Assembly: GCA_047495785.1 (NCBI GenBank)
Contig: JBLDXI010000015.1
Coordinates: 1,612,001-1,676,000 of the forward strand
DNA: 64,000 nt
Reading direction: 5' to 3'
Origin: Lepidodermella squamata
Taxonomy: Eukaryota; Animalia; Gastrotricha
The notes under the pieces: generated by a model
The model's database searches: none
What the model saw: only the letters and a program-made list of their open reading frames with translations
Told to the model about the DNA's origin: nothing
Translations under genes and position numbers: made by a program
In this document: positions 39,631 through 50,641 of the stretch, piece by piece
Position numbering within the stretch: position 1 is the first letter of the stretch
How the letters are laid out: the number at the start of each line of letters is the position of its first letter

Positions 39631-39860
39631 GGTGACGTAAATAGGACGCCGTAATTAGGGTCAAAGTTAGCTTACTCAGAAGAATTGAGAATCGTCCCTA
39701 GCGTCATATTTAATTCAATTTTTTCAACAACACTTTTCGTAACGAGGTTTAGACGGCGGCGTACTATCATTTGAAAAGCCCCTCTATGAAAAGCCCATCT
39801 ATCTGACCTCAATTGTTCGTGTCCGAAAACCTTTTAGTCTGGCGTCCTATCTACGTCACC
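39631..39860. mobile_element. MITE-like element in intron 1 of EGF copy 2
   Basis: TIR ggtgacgtaaataggacgcc / ggcgtcctatctacgtcacc; a shorter derivative lies in the same intron of copy 1 (15432-15528). Confidence 0.6.
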
Positions 39861-41140
39861 TCGTCACGTGATATTCATGCGTTACGATATTATCGTTAGC
39901 TACGCTGAATAACTCTGATGTAGGCTTGTATGCGACAGCTTCATGGTTAGTGGTGGCAAGTAGAAAGTCATTTGATTTTTGTCCCATCATTCATGTGAAA
40001 ACCCCACTTTGGGCTTTTGCCACCCGTCACCTCAAAGCTGGCATAAACAAGCCTAAATCCGAGGTATTCAACGATGCTAACGATGTGAATTTAAACACCA
40101 GCTTGCAGTCCTACGTGCCAGAACGGCGGTAACTGTGTGGCAGGAGTTTGCCAATGCCCTGTTGGTTGGGCAGCCTCTGATTGCAGCTTGCGTAAGATAC
40201 TTTGCCATTACAGTCGCTTCCTAAAAAATATCAGTAGATGAAATAAAAAAGGCTTAGGAGATGTACTTATCCGAAAGGGTTACAGCAACGGCATCAGTTC
40301 AAAATCTTTCGTTGAAGTGAGGTGCACAGGTTTCTTACTTTAAAATGTCGAACTTCGCACAGATCCGTCGGACTCTGAGCCGAATGCCAGACGCGGTCGC
40401 CAAAGCCCGCTATGATAAGAGATTGCTAATTTTCAATATAAACCTTTCGGAAATGAAAGAAAGACGCGCACCCTTTGGTGATTTTAGCATGTCGATCATT
40501 TCTGAAACCATTTGAATAGAGCTTGGTATCATGAAAATCCGTTATAATTTCGATTGCATCTCTTGCTACACTTTATCTTTGATCTGTCATATAGCCGTTT
40601 GCCAGCCAAATTGTTCGCCCAGAACAGGCGTATGTCCCGGCCCTGGTAAGCCGTGCAAGTGCCTTAAAAGATTCAGAGGCGAAAATTGTTCGCAGAGTAA
40701 CTTTAACTTCATGATCACTGATTATATCGAACTCACTCAATCATTTATTTTCAGTTGTTGGCAACCCGCTGAGTGATCCGGATTCATATCTACCAGACTA
40801 TTCGTATATTAATGACGACGGTTCAAGTTATTTTTGTTTCTATTTATTCAGCCGAAATTTGAAGGATAATTTGATATTGCAGCTGCTAATTGGTGGTTGA
40901 GGCGGAACATTACGTCGAAAAATAACGCAATTCAAGTGCTGACTTCTGGTGGAGATAGATATGGTTGTATCACGACGAGGAAAGTTAGTCTTAATGTTGG
41001 TTTGCTATCGATTCTCTTCTTCAATAATGTTAAATAGAAGTGGAACTTGACTGACTTTTCTTTCAATATCACGGCTGAATCTAGTGGAATGGATACCCTT
41101 GGGCAAGTGTGGCTGTCAATGATCGCCAACAACTCATACA

Positions 41141-43393
41141 CATACTAGTCCGGGTTTGCAGGGTGACCTAGATGAATCATCCTCAATTATTTATTTCTAG
41201 CTATCATGTGTGCAGTACTTCTATGTATAGGCGGTGGTGGTGTGGTGGTGAGGTGGTGAGGTCGCGCTATCGCGCTGTTCGCTTTTTTGCTCGCCGTTTA
41301 TTTTCAAATAATCTTGCAATCATTTCGATAGCTGAATGCGATCTTAATAATTCAGAGCCGAGAATTGGCAAAAAAGCGACAGAAAGCCTTCGAAAGAGAG
41401 ATGAACAGTCAACCTAATACATTTTTTACTAACTTTTCACACTTAATTTGTTTAATTATTGAAGTAAAAATTTACAACTACTTTATTTAGCAGATTAGTT
41501 TAGTTTCGATTCGCTGGTTACTAACGGGGTGGGCAGACAGCGGGGTTGCATATATCGGGGAACACTGAAAATCGTTGAAAATTCGTGCTGAAATTCATGT
41601 AATATTCATGTGATTCTCGAAAAATCGAAAATCAGAAATAATATTTTCACACTTCGCAAATAAATCGAAGGGTAAATTATGTTGACTGTTAACAACAGCA
41701 TAGAGTCCGCTGCGATTAATTTTCCTGACTTTCGAGAAAGGGATGAGTAGTCAGAGCGAGGATTTTACTATCCGCTTAGCAGCGCGGATAACCTTCCTAC
41801 TTGGCATCACCCCAGGTATCTCATTGATGGCGACTGCTAATCGCTGGCAGGTGCGGTGATTATTGGAGTCACCGGCCATTTTTCACGATGCGGCCTTTAT
41901 GCTGTAGTTTCCGGTACTTATTTCACGAATAATGAATCATTCAGTCATGAAAATGTTGGGGTCCGAGTCCGAATTCTGCGTTCAGGCATTCAGGCCGGCC
42001 GGTACGCAGACGGGTAACATTGATTTGCCGCTCTGCGTTCGGGCTGCTTTCAAACATGCACGTATCTGACGTTAACAAATTCGAAAGATTAAAGCTTCAC
42101 TGCACACGGCGTTGGCCCGAGCACGCCGGAGAACAATGGGAACCAGCGCTATTGCTCAGCGCCGCACTCGGGCCGCCGGGCTTGGGTCAAACTACAATCA
42201 TTGCCCTACCCGATAAATGTATCAAGTCCCAGCCCTAGTACGGTGGCCCGAGTACGGCACGCGCGAGCGCATAACAATAGCACTGGTTCCCATTGTTCTC
42301 CGCCGTGCTCAGGCCAACACCTTGGCCGGCTCATGTGCAGTGAAGCATGATTCTATCGAATGTGTTACAGTAAAATTCGCATACGGGCACGTTACAGACG
42401 GAGCGCGAAGTGGTAAAGGGCCTTTACCCGGCCGCGTACGGGCCGAAATCGGTCTCGGGCTCAACCAAAAACACGGAATACCTTTCAGCAACAACATCAG
42501 AGCTTTCTAAATCCCTATAACGATTTGAAGCAACACGAAGCCGATGGTCTCAATGCGTACTCTACAATGAACTTCGCCGATTTTATCACCGCGCTGTTTA
42601 TAATCTCCTAATAATACGGCAACGAAGATACCATTTTCAGAATCGTTATATATGCCCATATTTCGCTCACGATTACCGATTTTGCAAATGACCATCGCCC
42701 ATCAACACTATGGGATTCGCCGTATTCGGTGTTTGATCGACGCAATCGCAAAATATAAGCGGCTGGCATTCTCTTGACAGTGGGAAATCATCATTCGAAT
42801 ATCTCCTTGGTTTTGGTTTGATGTCGGCTTAGGTCGCAGTTGCGTCATCACGAAAGCTTCGTCTATCATTTCAGTCAAAACAATGTGTGAGCGAATTGTG
42901 CTCCAAGTTCATATTGTGATTTTTGAGTATATGAGAAATATTTGGAATTCTCAAAACTACGAAAACCATTCAACCCGGCGATCGCTGGTTGCAATTTTTT
43001 AATATTGCTGGCAATCAAGTTTGAAAAATTCAATTCAAGTTATTTTCATCAACTACGCGCAGTGTGCCGCATCAACAATTGTACGTAACTCATGTCAACT
43101 CATAGGGTCCTTATCCGGCTTCGACTGGGAGCTCTGAGAACGAGGCGCCCGACGCCATTTCGTACATGACACCACAGTGGTATACATACTTTGACGCGAG
43201 TGACATCGTGCGTGAATAAGCGGCTGATTTTGGCTGACAGGCGCGTTGCTGCTAATAAAACCTCACGACCTCACCACCACACCACCACACCACCGCCACC
43301 ATCTAAACATGCAAGTACTGCACACATAATAGCTAGCAATAAATAACTGAGGATGATTCATCTAGGTCACCCCACCAAACCCGGACTAGTATG
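41141..43393. mobile_element. Non-autonomous TIR DNA transposon (2253 bp)
   Basis: ~125-bp imperfect TIRs CATACTAGTCCGGGTTTG... / ...CAAACCCGGACTAGTATG; 2-bp TSD CA deduced from the empty site aactcatacacgtattatc in copy 1; no transposase ORF. Confidence 0.9.
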
Positions 43394-45179
43394 CACGTAT
43401 TATCAATCATCGGGTTATGGGGCGTACTGGGGCAATAATTTCAGTTTGGTCGGCAGCGTGCTTCGCTACGTCCAGCAGTCAAATACATTCGAGTTCGTGT
43501 CAACGCCCGTTGGCATCCCCTTTCTTGTAGCGCCTAGATATCCGCGTATTGACGTCGAGAATGTCTATTACAAAGGGCGATTTCACCTTGGCTTCGTTGT
43601 TCGCAATGGCGCGTAAGTCTTCGTCGACCACTGCAATACAACAGTCTGCGAGCGATTGATCGATGGAATCACTGTGCCCAATTTCTTAACCGCCGCTAGC
43701 CTCTCGAACATGGTGATGGGTATACTTGCTGACTCTGAGAATGATGCCCAGCAGTTCGACATAATTGATTTGAGAGTCTATCGAATAGGTGTGTTCGATA
43801 TTTACGGCTATTGAATGGATGCTCTACTTCATTCATGTCATAGAAACCTGCTTTCCTGAATGCAGCAACAGAGCCTACTGCACTGCTAAAAATACCTGTA
43901 AATGTCATGCTGGATGGACTGGGCCTAGATGCATGAATCGTAAGTAGCAAGAAAAATGGCTATTTATAAGAGGCAGCTCCAGTGTGCAAAGTACCGGGGT
44001 ACCGTCCCCCAACCTCGAGAAGTCAAGGCAAGAAAACCCAAAAAAACCACATGTGGACCCTTTGGTCAGATAAATTCCCGGCTGAAATTACCTAAGCGTA
44101 GAGGGTTTTACATCATCCACTGGGCAGCCCGTTGCAGAAGTTCAATTCCGCATCCATGATTCATGATTATGCACACTTGCTCAAATAACCCTGAGATGAA
44201 GGAACTTTCTAATGTTTTAGAAGATCTTGTTGTTCGCGTGTAAATACTCTCAGTAAGCTGAAAAAAGGTGAAAGAAGCTAACTGGATGCGAAAAGTAGCT
44301 GAGCTTGTTTTAGATGAGTATTATTATGTAAAAACCACGTTTTTCAACTCTGCGACGAGAGCCAACTCTTAACTCCGAGCTCCGAGCTAAAAACTACAAC
44401 CTTTTCCTAGTGTTTGTGGTCTAATGAACAGGAATAAGACTATATACTATATCTTGACATGTGAAGCTCTCTCACTTGATTCTTGATTTATTCCTTTTCT
44501 GCTTCAGAAATATGCGGCTCGAAAATCTGCCCAACGAATGGCTGGTGTTCCGGACCTAATACGTGTTCTTGTTTTGATAAATGGAAAACGGGCCCCGACT
44601 GTCAACAACGCAAGCTTATCTGAAAAAATGTAATAAAATATCTCTGAATTTATTTTTATTTTTTCCATCAGCTTTTTGCGACTGCGCTGTTGCAAAGCGA
44701 TGCATGGGCATGTTGTGCGACTGCCCAGACGGCTACCAACGATACGATTGCAACGATCCAAACGCCGTGGGCTGGACGCAATGAACGGGAGTTGCCAGAC
44801 CGAGCATGGCTAACGCAGGGACACAAAAACTTGTTGCTTCTATCTTAACTGAAACGCTAGTTTTTCCTGATAGTACCCCAAAAGGTAAAAGCATAATGTT
44901 TTCTTAATCGTGTATTCCCGATACTTGCCGTACAAGAACGCATACTAGTTTACTCTAGTCCTTATGTTATACGTTGAACCAGGCAAGCTTTCGTATTTAA
45001 TCTTTTTTGACCATCCACCATTAAGGTGCTCTCGGTCTCCATGTTGAGTCATTCGAAGGCGTTATACGTCATTATCACTTCATCAATTAGGCACACAAAT
45101 AAAGCATAATATAATATTCATTTTATATAATTGTTTTCTGGATTTTTTGTTTGTTTGTTAACGGTATTTTCGACTCTTT

Positions 45180-45341
45180 CCCAGACCTTGTTCGTCCTTG
45201 TTCATCAAAATGGTGAGGCGAACAAAGGCGAACATTATCACCGTTGTTCACCGCTGTTCACCGTTGATCGCCTAAAATGTTGATGAACAAATATGAAAAT
45301 GATTTCACCCTTGTGTTCATCGAGCATGGTGCCGGTCTGGG
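45180..45341. mobile_element. CMC/EnSpm-like MITE
   Basis: Termini CCCAGACC / GGTCTGGG flanked by TT(T) on both sides; multiple internal tgttcacc/gcgaaca subterminal motifs. Confidence 0.55.
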
Positions 45342-45572
45342 TTTATTTACAAGATAAACAATTGACGGAATACCAGATGTCGAAGTGTTGAAGGCGCCTA
45401 AGCGCTGTCGGATGTGTGACACCCGGATGGGACAAAAGATTAATAACGGGATTTTAAAAAGACTTGGCATCACAGCCTCAAGAGCTAGCTATTTTTTCAT
45501 AGCACAAGTGCACGCGCCCTTTGATCCTGTAAAACCGAAGTATAATGATGAGTTACTGTTATGTTTTCAGCC

Positions 45573-45644
45573 GGCTCAGTAGCTTAGTGGTAGAGCATCT
45601 GTCTTGTAAACAGAAGGTCGCGGGTTCGATCCCCGTCTGGGCCT
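45573..45644 (+). tRNA. tRNA-Thr(TGT)
   Basis: Intact cloverleaf. Confidence 0.93.
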
Positions 45645-45710
45645 CGGCTTCTCTTTTTCCCCTTGCATCAGTCATTCGATGATCAATTAAGAAATAGGAT
45701 GACCATAAGC

Positions 45711-45784
45711 GCCTCCTTGGCTCAGTTGGCTAGAGCGCCAGTCTCATAATCTGGAGGTCGTGAGTTCGATCCTCACAGGGGGCA
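45711..45784 (+). tRNA. tRNA-Met(CAT)
   Basis: Intact cloverleaf. Confidence 0.93.
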
Positions 45785-45859
45785 GCTTCATCTTTTTGAC
45801 AATTAGGATCCTAATTATCCTAACTAATGTCACATACAAATTAGATTCCATCATCATCC

Positions 45860-45931
45860 TCCCTGATGGTCTAGTGGTTAGGATTCCGCGCTTTCACCGC
45901 GGCGGCCCGGGTTCGATTCCCGGTCAGGGAA
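45860..45931 (+). tRNA. tRNA-Glu(TTC)
   Basis: Body identical to the Glu(CTC) copies but loop is CTTTCAC. Confidence 0.9.
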
Positions 45932-45994
45932 CGTTTTCTATGCTTGGATCCAGGTTTTTGCTGATTGTTTAGTGCCAGAGCTACTTGTCATCTA

Positions 45995-46067
45995 GGTTCC
46001 GTAGTGTAGTGGTTATCACGTCTCCTTCACACGGAGAAGGTCGCGAGTTCGAACCCCGCCGGAACCT
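45995..46067 (+). tRNA. tRNA-Val(CAC), T-stem mismatch variant
   Basis: gcgagttcg instead of gcgggttcg. Confidence 0.82.
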
Positions 46068-46133
46068 CGTCCAAAATTTTTCCAATTGTTCACCTCAGCT
46101 ATAAATGAATGTTAATGTCCTGTTAAACCATGT

Positions 46134-46205
46134 GGGGATGTAGCTCAGTGGTAGAGCGCTTGCTTTGCATGTAAGATGCCCCGGGTTCAAACCCCGGCAT
46201 CTCCA
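46134..46205 (+). tRNA. tRNA-Ala(TGC)
   Basis: Intact cloverleaf. Confidence 0.92.
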
Positions 46206-46398
46206 ATTTTTCACGCTGACTTTTCCACCCCGCTACCCCGTACATTTTCTAATGGATTTTTTAATAAAAATTCATATGAGGAAAATAATTCTCTCAGTTT
46301 ATTAAATAATGATTCCTTTAATTCTTTTGAAAAATAATTTGGCACAACATTATACGACGCGAAATCCTTGCAAAGACATCGAAGCTGTTCGAAGACCG

Positions 46399-46818
46399 TC
46401 AAGCTGACCATGCGCTGAAATACGGAACTTTACTGTGGCTCATAACTTTGTCAACACGGGGCAAATTAGCTCGGTGATGAGAGGTCAAAAGGCCATAATG
46501 CCCTGCCAGCATGAATAGAACGACAAAAATGAAGAGAACCGTAATGACGATGACCATGACTTCCAACAACAACGACTGCTCCACATCGATTCGATTCCAA
46601 AATGCATTTACATGGCTGTCATGGTTCAAATGAATTGTCGTATCGATGATGCCGTTATGTAGCTTTTTTGAAAATGAAGAATTAAGCGAGCTCGAATTAT
46701 TTTCGGTTAATAAATAGCTCGCGTTTGGAGTAATCAGAGCATGAGCGATGCGGATGAGGCTTGAAACACTCTGCAGCATCCATGCTATTGAAAGCTTCGA
46801 ATAGATGCACGATGGCAT
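46399..46818 (-). CDS. Small single-pass membrane protein, unknown family
   Basis: 139-aa ORF with N-glycosylation sequons (NAS, NNS, NSS) followed by a strong TM VMVIVITVLFIFVVLFMLAG. Confidence 0.55.
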   Translation of the reverse strand: MPSCIYSKLSIAWMLQSVSSLIRIAHALITPNASYLLTENNSSSLNSSFSKKLHNGIIDTTIHLNHDSHVNAFWNRIDVEQSLLLEVMVIVITVLFIFVVLFMLAGHYGLLTSHHRANLPRVDKVMSHSKVPYFSAWSA

Positions 46819-48681
46819 AGCTTATTCTGTGTTTTGTATACACGCTGGAGGTTTAAATTCTCACATTTGCTCGTGTATTAATATATGTATTTAGAGTATA
46901 TTTGCGAGGGGTGTGTATAAGATGTGCGCTCCATGTTTGATCACCTGCTCGTACGAATTGGCACCAATAACGCCGCGACAGGAAACGCAGCCGAATATCG
47001 AGAAAGACAGTGATTAAGCAATTGTTCTTAAAAGCATTTAAAATCAAATCTCGTAAATATGAAAGATGCGCCTTACAACTATTGAACAAGAAAAGTCCAT
47101 TTTTCGGATATTTTTCATGTACTAAAGGCAAAAGGGATTAAAATGGGCTCTTCGTTTTTTGGCTTTCTAGAATTTTAAGATTTTTTAAGATAAAATCCTC
47201 TTTTAAAATATTCGCATCAGTTTCAATTGGGAAGGTTTAACGAAGAACGAACCAAATGAAGACCGAAAACTTGATTACAAATCGTTTTCCTATTTTTTTC
47301 ATTTTCACTATACCTATTATTTCGCCTGAAAAATGACGGATGGTGGCATTCCTCGTCTCTTTAAGGAATATCGCATTTCCGTAATGGAGACAGCACCTTT
47401 GAAGTTGCCTGGCAACCATAAACACCACGGTATACAAAATACATAGCAATATGGCTTCGTCACCGCTATCTTGTAACTCGCGATTCTTAACAATAGATCT
47501 TCAAGCAGCATGAGAAGCTTTGTCTCCGAGAAAACAATATAAATTGAGACATCATGTTCTTGCAATGAACCATGTACCAGAAAATGTGGGGCATAATTGT
47601 TCACTTTCAGACTGAAATTTCATTTAAGCGCCACAGGCTACCTTATAAATAATATAAAAATAACGCATTGTGTCCTTCTCATCAACAATGCGGTCTTACC
47701 ACTGGAAGTTGCACTGTAATATTCTTCTTCATAGGTAGCAATAGCGCAGCAAGAAATATGCATGTTAGGTTTCCTGATAAATCGGGATTCAATTACTGAA
47801 TAAGATTGCTTATTTTACGCGTGTTTCTGATAATTTCTAAACGCGTTAATTAGCGTAATACACACGCAAATAATTCATTCACGTGACATGATGATAGCTA
47901 TCATATTATTAAAGCTGCACCGTTACACCTATAGTAAGAAGGGCTACCAAAAAGTCTGCGATTTATTGCAGCCGACACACTGCACGCTATTAATTAATAG
48001 CCAAAGCCGCGCGCCGTTTTGTTTCTGCACGTGTGAGGTCACTGCAATATAATCGGCACATCGACAACGTGTGTTTTGATTATTGGTCTTATTCACTTGA
48101 GCAAATACTTTCAGCCTGTAATTTGTGGACAATGATGAGTCATTAACGGCGAATTGCTACCGGTGAAGCTACTGACATCCGCCATTATTTACTCGTCGAG
48201 CCAAATTTTCTACGCTCATTACTTTCTTTTGTAAATTTATTTCCGGGAATTCATTCGATATTTTTTATTAATATGTATAATAGCAATAGAATGAGGGCGA
48301 ATTATTTATGCCTGAGATTATTTTCGCTCGCCTGCCTCTCGCGTGAAAGTAATCGAATTTTCGAAATGAAGAGTGATTACTTTTACGCCAAGGTGGTTTC
48401 TCGCACTCGACGCGCACCTGAGGTGGTAACATAGCGCAACTTGTTATTGCGGCGCACTCTCGTCAGAACAAGATGCGCGCCGCTCTTCGCACAACAAACA
48501 CCGCGCTACAAAAACACCTCACTTGCGCGAGATAGGATTGCCTTAGGTTATGCTATTACACCTCCGGTATCCTTTTACTTATATTGACACCGCCGCTGCG
48601 CAAGGTAATGGGGTTCCACTCTGTATAACTGGGTCATCATCTTACCATTTTCAGTCTCGATTTATTTCACCGAATTTAGGT

Positions 48682-50641
48682 ATGAAATTATTGAGTAAAC
48701 GATATCAAAACTGGTTTAGTGTCCGGTATATCTGCTTATCTCTCACGTTGACCGTGCTCTTGTTACACCTGTTGTGGCCGTTTTTCTGCGCGTTTTGCGA
48801 CCGCGTTTTCGGGACATGCTTCAAGTGCAGCGTTTTTGAGCAGAAAATTCGAGAGGCGGACGGCCTGAGACCACGGCTGATCGGTCTCCTGTCCGCGTCC
48901 TTATTCACCCTGAACAGCTTACAGAATGCCGGCGAGTTGGCTTATTTTCTGTTTGGTGACACCCTCCTCGGTTATTATCGCCACAATTCAAAATTAATTC
49001 CGTAAGTATTTTTTTTTATTTATCAAAAAAATTATTTATGAAATTTAAAAGGTGGGATAATACTCTTCAGTTTGCTGTGGTTACCTTCAACCACGGGGCT
49101 GGCTTGTCCTCAGTTGCGAAGCAGATTTTGAATGTCTCGAAGAATACAACGCTCGGCCGTCTTTCATTTACCGTCGATTCAAAAGCCTGGACAATCACGT
49201 TTCAAGACCGCGATCTCAGCGTTCGAATTCAAGTCATGAGCTTTACTCCCGAAGAAACTCTCGTCGACATGAGCAGAAATATTTCGGTAAAATTCTGAAA
49301 AAATTTCGAAGTCTTAATTTTAAATTTTAATTAATTATCAAAAATCCAAATAATTATCAAACATTTTTAATATTAAATTTAAATTTTTCCGATTTTTTTA
49401 GTATCCCGCTGATCTTATTTTGCCGCTAAAACAAGTAACTTTCGAGCAACACTTCAGCACCTATATCCCGAACGACGTCATCGGAACAATCGAGCGTGGT
49501 AAAGTTAATCCTTACATCTGCCGGATAGATCAGGGCGGCTCGAAATCCTCAATACCTTGCCGTAAATTGCGCCATCTAATTGGAAATCTCACCAATCTGC
49601 CACTTATCGAAGACCGGCAACTTTGCCCAGCGCACAGTCAATTTTTGAAAAGTGACCCTGAAATGTGCGCGTTTTTGCCGCAAATTACTGGCAAAGAGCG
49701 CCGGTCTATGGTGGATTTACTCGCGGTCTGCATTGATGTCCTTGATCAGATGAACAGATCGGATTCTAAATATTTCCTATATTCTGGGTCGCTACTCGGC
49801 TATTGGCGCCATAATGGCTCTATGATACCGTGGGACGACGATGGTATGTCATGAAAAATTGAAAAATTAAAATTAAATTCGAAAAATTTTGACATATTTA
49901 TTAATATTTTTTTTTAATTAGTTTCATGATTTAATTTAATTTAATATAATATTTTAATATTTTTATTAAATCGGTATTTTTATTTTATAGCCGATATTGC
50001 ATTTTTGCCGACCAATCGAACCCGGTCGTTCGAGTCCTATGTCGATGAGATGAATTCGATGTTAGCTAAACGCCACCCCAGTGGCTACCAAATGCTGTAC
50101 GTCCCGGAGTCGAAACGCGTCAAATGTTTCGGAACTCGAAGCGACAACTCGGTTTTGGTCGGGCAAGGCGATGAAGAATACCCGTGGCGGTGGCCATTTG
50201 TCGATATTGATTTTCTAACGGCCCGATATTCTTGGTCGTTGAGCTCCGGCGATAAGCCGAAAATTGCGAAAATCAGCCAGGCGCATGGATATCATGAATT
50301 TAGGGTTCGTTGAAATTTTCAATAAAAAAATTTAAATTTAATTTTTTTTGAACATTTTTCCAGTACCCAGCTTCTATTGTTCTGCCGCTTAAACGTGCCT
50401 ATTTTGAGTCGATTTCAGTCAATGTACCACATGATGTCGAATCAGTCTTGAAACGAACATATGATCTCGATCAATGCGTTGGGACATCTTACAAGTAGGC
50501 TGAGAATAACTTCAAATATTTTGTCTAATTTTCCTTAATTTTTCCAGTCATCGATTTGAACAATCCTTTCAGAAACTTAACGTGAAGAAACCTTGCCGAG
50601 AAGTTGCGGAGGCTCACGGATACTATCTTACGAACATCTGA
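48682..50641 (+). CDS. Tandem two-domain LicD/fukutin-family protein 4 (shortened N-domain)
   Basis: Exons 48682-49001, 49052-49286, 49402-49843, 49991-50304, 50364-50494, 50548-50641. Domain 1 YFLFGDTLLGYYRH..IPWDNTLQ; domain 2 YSGSLLGYWRH..IPWDDDAD...WRWPFVDI. Confidence 0.88.

Larger units (their letters stand above)
39535..44784 (+). pseudogene. EGF-repeat secreted protein copy 2, disrupted
   Basis: Colinear with 15343-17194 plus an extra EGF exon near 40594-40696; the main exon is split by the 41141-43393 insertion and has CAA>TAA at 43614-43616. Confidence 0.85.

Noticed and set aside
47237-47775. Hydrophobic minus-strand fragments hinting at a decayed GPCR TM region
   Set aside because: No consistent frame or diagnostic motif
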